From Malacoraja senta (Eukaryota): a stretch of 64,000 bases of DNA. The stretch spans positions 7,380,001 through 7,444,000 of the forward strand of contig CM075991.1 of the NCBI GenBank assembly GCA_038087875.1, given 5' to 3'. Positions 61,217 to 64,000 of this stretch are shown piece after piece. The position numbers were made by a program, and so were the translations under genes. A model generated the notes under the pieces. The model was not told where the DNA came from. It worked only from the letters and a program-made list of their open reading frames with translations, and ran no database searches. Positions within the stretch are counted from its first letter, which is position 1. Each line of letters begins with the position of its first letter.

Positions 61217-61325
61217 TGACGCGCAGGCGCACTGGTGGGGTTCTTCACGTAATCACCTACGTAACTCCTCATAAAATAAAGATCAAACTTCAAACTTAGG
61301 TAAGTTTTCGTTTAATCTTACTATT
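61217..61325 (+). repeat. DIRS right ITR and extension
   Basis: TGACGCGCAGGCGCACTGGTGGGGTTCTTCACGTAATCAC is inverted to the left ITR. The remainder is complementary to the ICR. Confidence 0.92.
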
Positions 61326-62674
61326 CTTGTTGACAGTCTAACCAAGCATATATTGCTGTTGCTGAATGCTGAATGCTTCAGATGGAGTCATGTTGAAATA
61401 AAAGAGATCGCACTACACAGTCCATTAGTCTTTGTGCACATATTTACTTTGAGGTCAGAGTGCAGACCAATGTAGCATTTGTAATGTGTCCCTAGTCAAA
61501 TTAAAACTTGTCATCTCATGTTTAGTCAAGCACAGTGATCTAGCACTAATGCTGGCGGATGAGCCCAGCATCCACGCTTCACTCAGTGCAGTTTGAAAAC
61601 ATGAAGATACCAGCTGTACATCTGAACACCATGGCCATTTACCCACCCTTGTTCAGCCTCTATTAATCCAGCAATATTGTGGTGGTGGTATTGAGGAGAG
61701 GGGGGGGGGGGTGGTGGTGATTGTGGAGAGGGGTCATTTGTTATGGCAGTGAGTGGTGGACAAAAGGGAATTTCAGGTTTCCAATATTCTTGGTATGAAC
61801 TGCTAACTTTAAGACTAGGTTCTGACGATCCTATCCATACCATTGATGATACCACTTAATAGTTTTTGTGTTTTTATATATTAAGATAAATTGTTTTCAG
61901 CCTGAATTTCCTCCTATTCTTATCTACAAACATAAAACACTGACATTCATACTAGTTTGTTGCACATAGAAAATGCATTGTAGTGCATCCGTTCCTTGGA
62001 CAACATCCAATGTCATCAATGGGATAGTGAATCAAATAGTTTATGGAACGACTGATCAGATGCTTGATAACAGGGGAAGAAGCTGTTCCTGAAAATAAGA
62101 TCTTACTTGTTGAAAACCTATTTTATGTTCAACATGGAAGTTCAGCTCCTGATGGGAACAAATATATTGTATGAGTGAAATGTTAATTGGGGAGAATGAT
62201 GATAAATCACTCAATGTCTTTGTTCGAATGCCATCCATCTCTCACCATGATGGCAATATGGAAGTCTATTAGTTCAAGGTCAAGTAAAGTGGATTTGAAG
62301 AAGAAAGACAATGTTGTGACTTGTGAGGTGGAACATCATCAGCAGAGAGAGAAACTGTTAACTTTTCAAGCCGTTGAACTTCATTAGTGTTAACTCAGGC
62401 CAGAAACTGTTGTGTAGTACAGGATTTTTAGATGCTATGTAATTGAATTTAAATCATTGGTCAACCATGCTTATCTTGCTGGATTGATTGGATTGCCGGT
62501 TTCACATCTGGTGTGCATATGCATGGAAGTTGTTGGTCCTATGCACTGGCATCAAGTTGCGCCCAGGACAGAAATAGACTGTTTCTGACAGCTTCACTTG
62601 CACATGCATAGCGCACGATGAGACTACTCCTAGTACGAACATGGCTGCTTTTGTGGAAGAATAACCAATTATCT

Positions 62675-62960
62675 ATTCCCTCTCTCTCCATCTCTCCCCC
62701 CCCCTTCCCAGTTCTCCAACCAGTCTGACTGTCCTCGTTTACATTTTATGTCTGTTTGCGTTGTTGTTACCTTCTCCTAGCTAACAATGATAAATTCTAC
62801 ATTTTCCTTAATCTCCATCCCCTTGTCTCATTTGCATACCTTACACTTCCTTATCTCTGTATCTCCCCCTCCCCAGACTCGACCCGAAACATTACCCATT
62901 CCTTCTATCCAGAGTTGCTGCCTGTCCCGCTGAGTTACTCCAGCATTTTGTGTCTATCTA
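62675..62960 (+). mobile_element. Penelope pLTR remnant
   Basis: Matches the reverse complement of 43490-43600 and the pLTR arm. Partial GACCCGAAAC core. Confidence 0.7.
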
Positions 62961-63007
62961 TTTATCATTTTGGATCCTGTAGATGACACTTTCATTTTAA
63001 AATGGCC

Positions 63008-63271
63008 CGGCCCACCGAGTCCGCACTGACCAGCGATCCCAGCATATTAACGCTACTTTACACACACCATGGACAATTTTACATTTACACCAAGCCAATT
63101 AACCTACAATCTTGTATGCCTTTGGAGTGCGGGAGTAAACCGAAGATCTCGGTGAAAACCCACTAATGGGGAGAATGTACAAACTCCGTAAGGACAGCAC
63201 CCGTAGTCAGGATCGAACCCGGGTCTATGCGTTATAAGGCAGTTTATCTATCGCTGCGCCACCGTACCACC
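63008..63271 (-). mobile_element. V-SINE copy
   Basis: Reverse-complement head (CGCTGCGCCACCGT), B-box and V-domain. Confidence 0.8.
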
Positions 63272-63784
63272 CTGTTATTAGGCTAATTTTCCTGTTCATT
63301 AGAATGGCTCACAACCTATGATTTGGGGGACAATGGTAAATGTTTTATTTTTGCTTATTTTCATGTTTTAAATTGCTTCTTAATGTTATGTGTTTTCAAT
63401 CAGTTTTTCAACATTCATAAAGAATGTGTATTTTTAATTAGTCACAGTATTTTCAATTTAATTTTAACCACTGCCTGCAGGAAAATAGTGCTTATCATTG
63501 AAAGTAAAAATTACTAGCACCACATGGTAGTAAATATTCACAGGTTTTTCCCAGGTGCAGAAAGCTCTGAAGGGCAGGAGTTTGATAATACTTATGTAAC
63601 TGCAAGAAACAATCATGGTCCTTTCATGTTACCCAGTGGTTTCTGAATACAGAAAAATGTGGATGTGGAGAATAGTTTATGCAGATACATTTCCCAAATG
63701 ACGTGTAAACAGTGGAAAAAATGCAGATGGGTTAAATTTGGTTAAGGGAGGAATAAAATCTTTTTACCCATTTTCTCCCCTCTG

Positions 63785-64000
63785 AGGCGCTGTCCTGAAC
63801 GGCTGCCTGTCCTGCAGCTCTCCGTCTTTTTCCCTTCTTTTTTTATTATTTTTGGTACGTTTAGTGTGTAGTCAGGGGGCCTAATCTTTTTATGTGTGGG
63901 GGGTGGTGGGGGGGAAGGGGGAAACTGTTTTTCGAGTCCCTACCTGGTCGGAGGGGTTGCCTTCCTCCGAGCAGCGCCTTCGACCTGTCCTTGCGGCCTA
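63785..64000 (+). mobile_element. 5' part of a GC-rich element related to 27632-28505 (runs off the window)
   Basis: Collinear GCCTG.CTGCAG, T-rich tract, G-tract, AACTGTTTT, CCTACCTGGTCGGAG and TTCCTCCG. Confidence 0.7.

Larger units (their letters stand above)
56456..61325 (+). mobile_element. DIRS1-type tyrosine-recombinase retrotransposon, full-length but decayed
   Basis: Inverted terminal repeats, internal complementary region, gag-RT-RNase H-MT-YR order, and TATT at both ends without a longer TSD. Confidence 0.95.

Overview
Eukaryotic, repeat-dense, essentially non-coding DNA. The repeat repertoire (V-SINEs with (CTAAA)n tails, Deu-type SINE remnants, CR1, Rex1/Babar, Penelope, DIRS) points to a cartilaginous fish, probably a skate or ray; this is an inference. 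No multi-exon host gene could be assembled, so the window is probably a large intron or gene desert. It contains homeobox-motif-rich unique blocks and one candidate 24-nt microexon. Main elements: (1) a structurally complete but decayed DIRS1-type tyrosine-recombinase retrotransposon (56456-61325) with ITRs, ICR and gag/RT/RNase H/methyltransferase-like/YR regions; (2) two 5'-truncated Rex1/Babar LINEs with open RT frames; (3) a Penelope GIY-YIG fragment nested in another Penelope, plus many short Penelope-derived units carrying hammerhead-ribozyme cores; (4) CR1, L2, L1 and RTE fragments; (5) CpG-rich MITEs sharing a terminal repeat and an internal palindrome. The most notable RNA-level finds are a 141-bp TSD-flanked retroelement whose first nucleotide is G1 of a compact HDV-like ribozyme (12637-12690, minus strand), and a GC-rich L2-tailed element whose two copies share a hairpin with compensatory base changes. 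Family names come from motif recognition, not database searches, and boundaries of old repeats are approximate.
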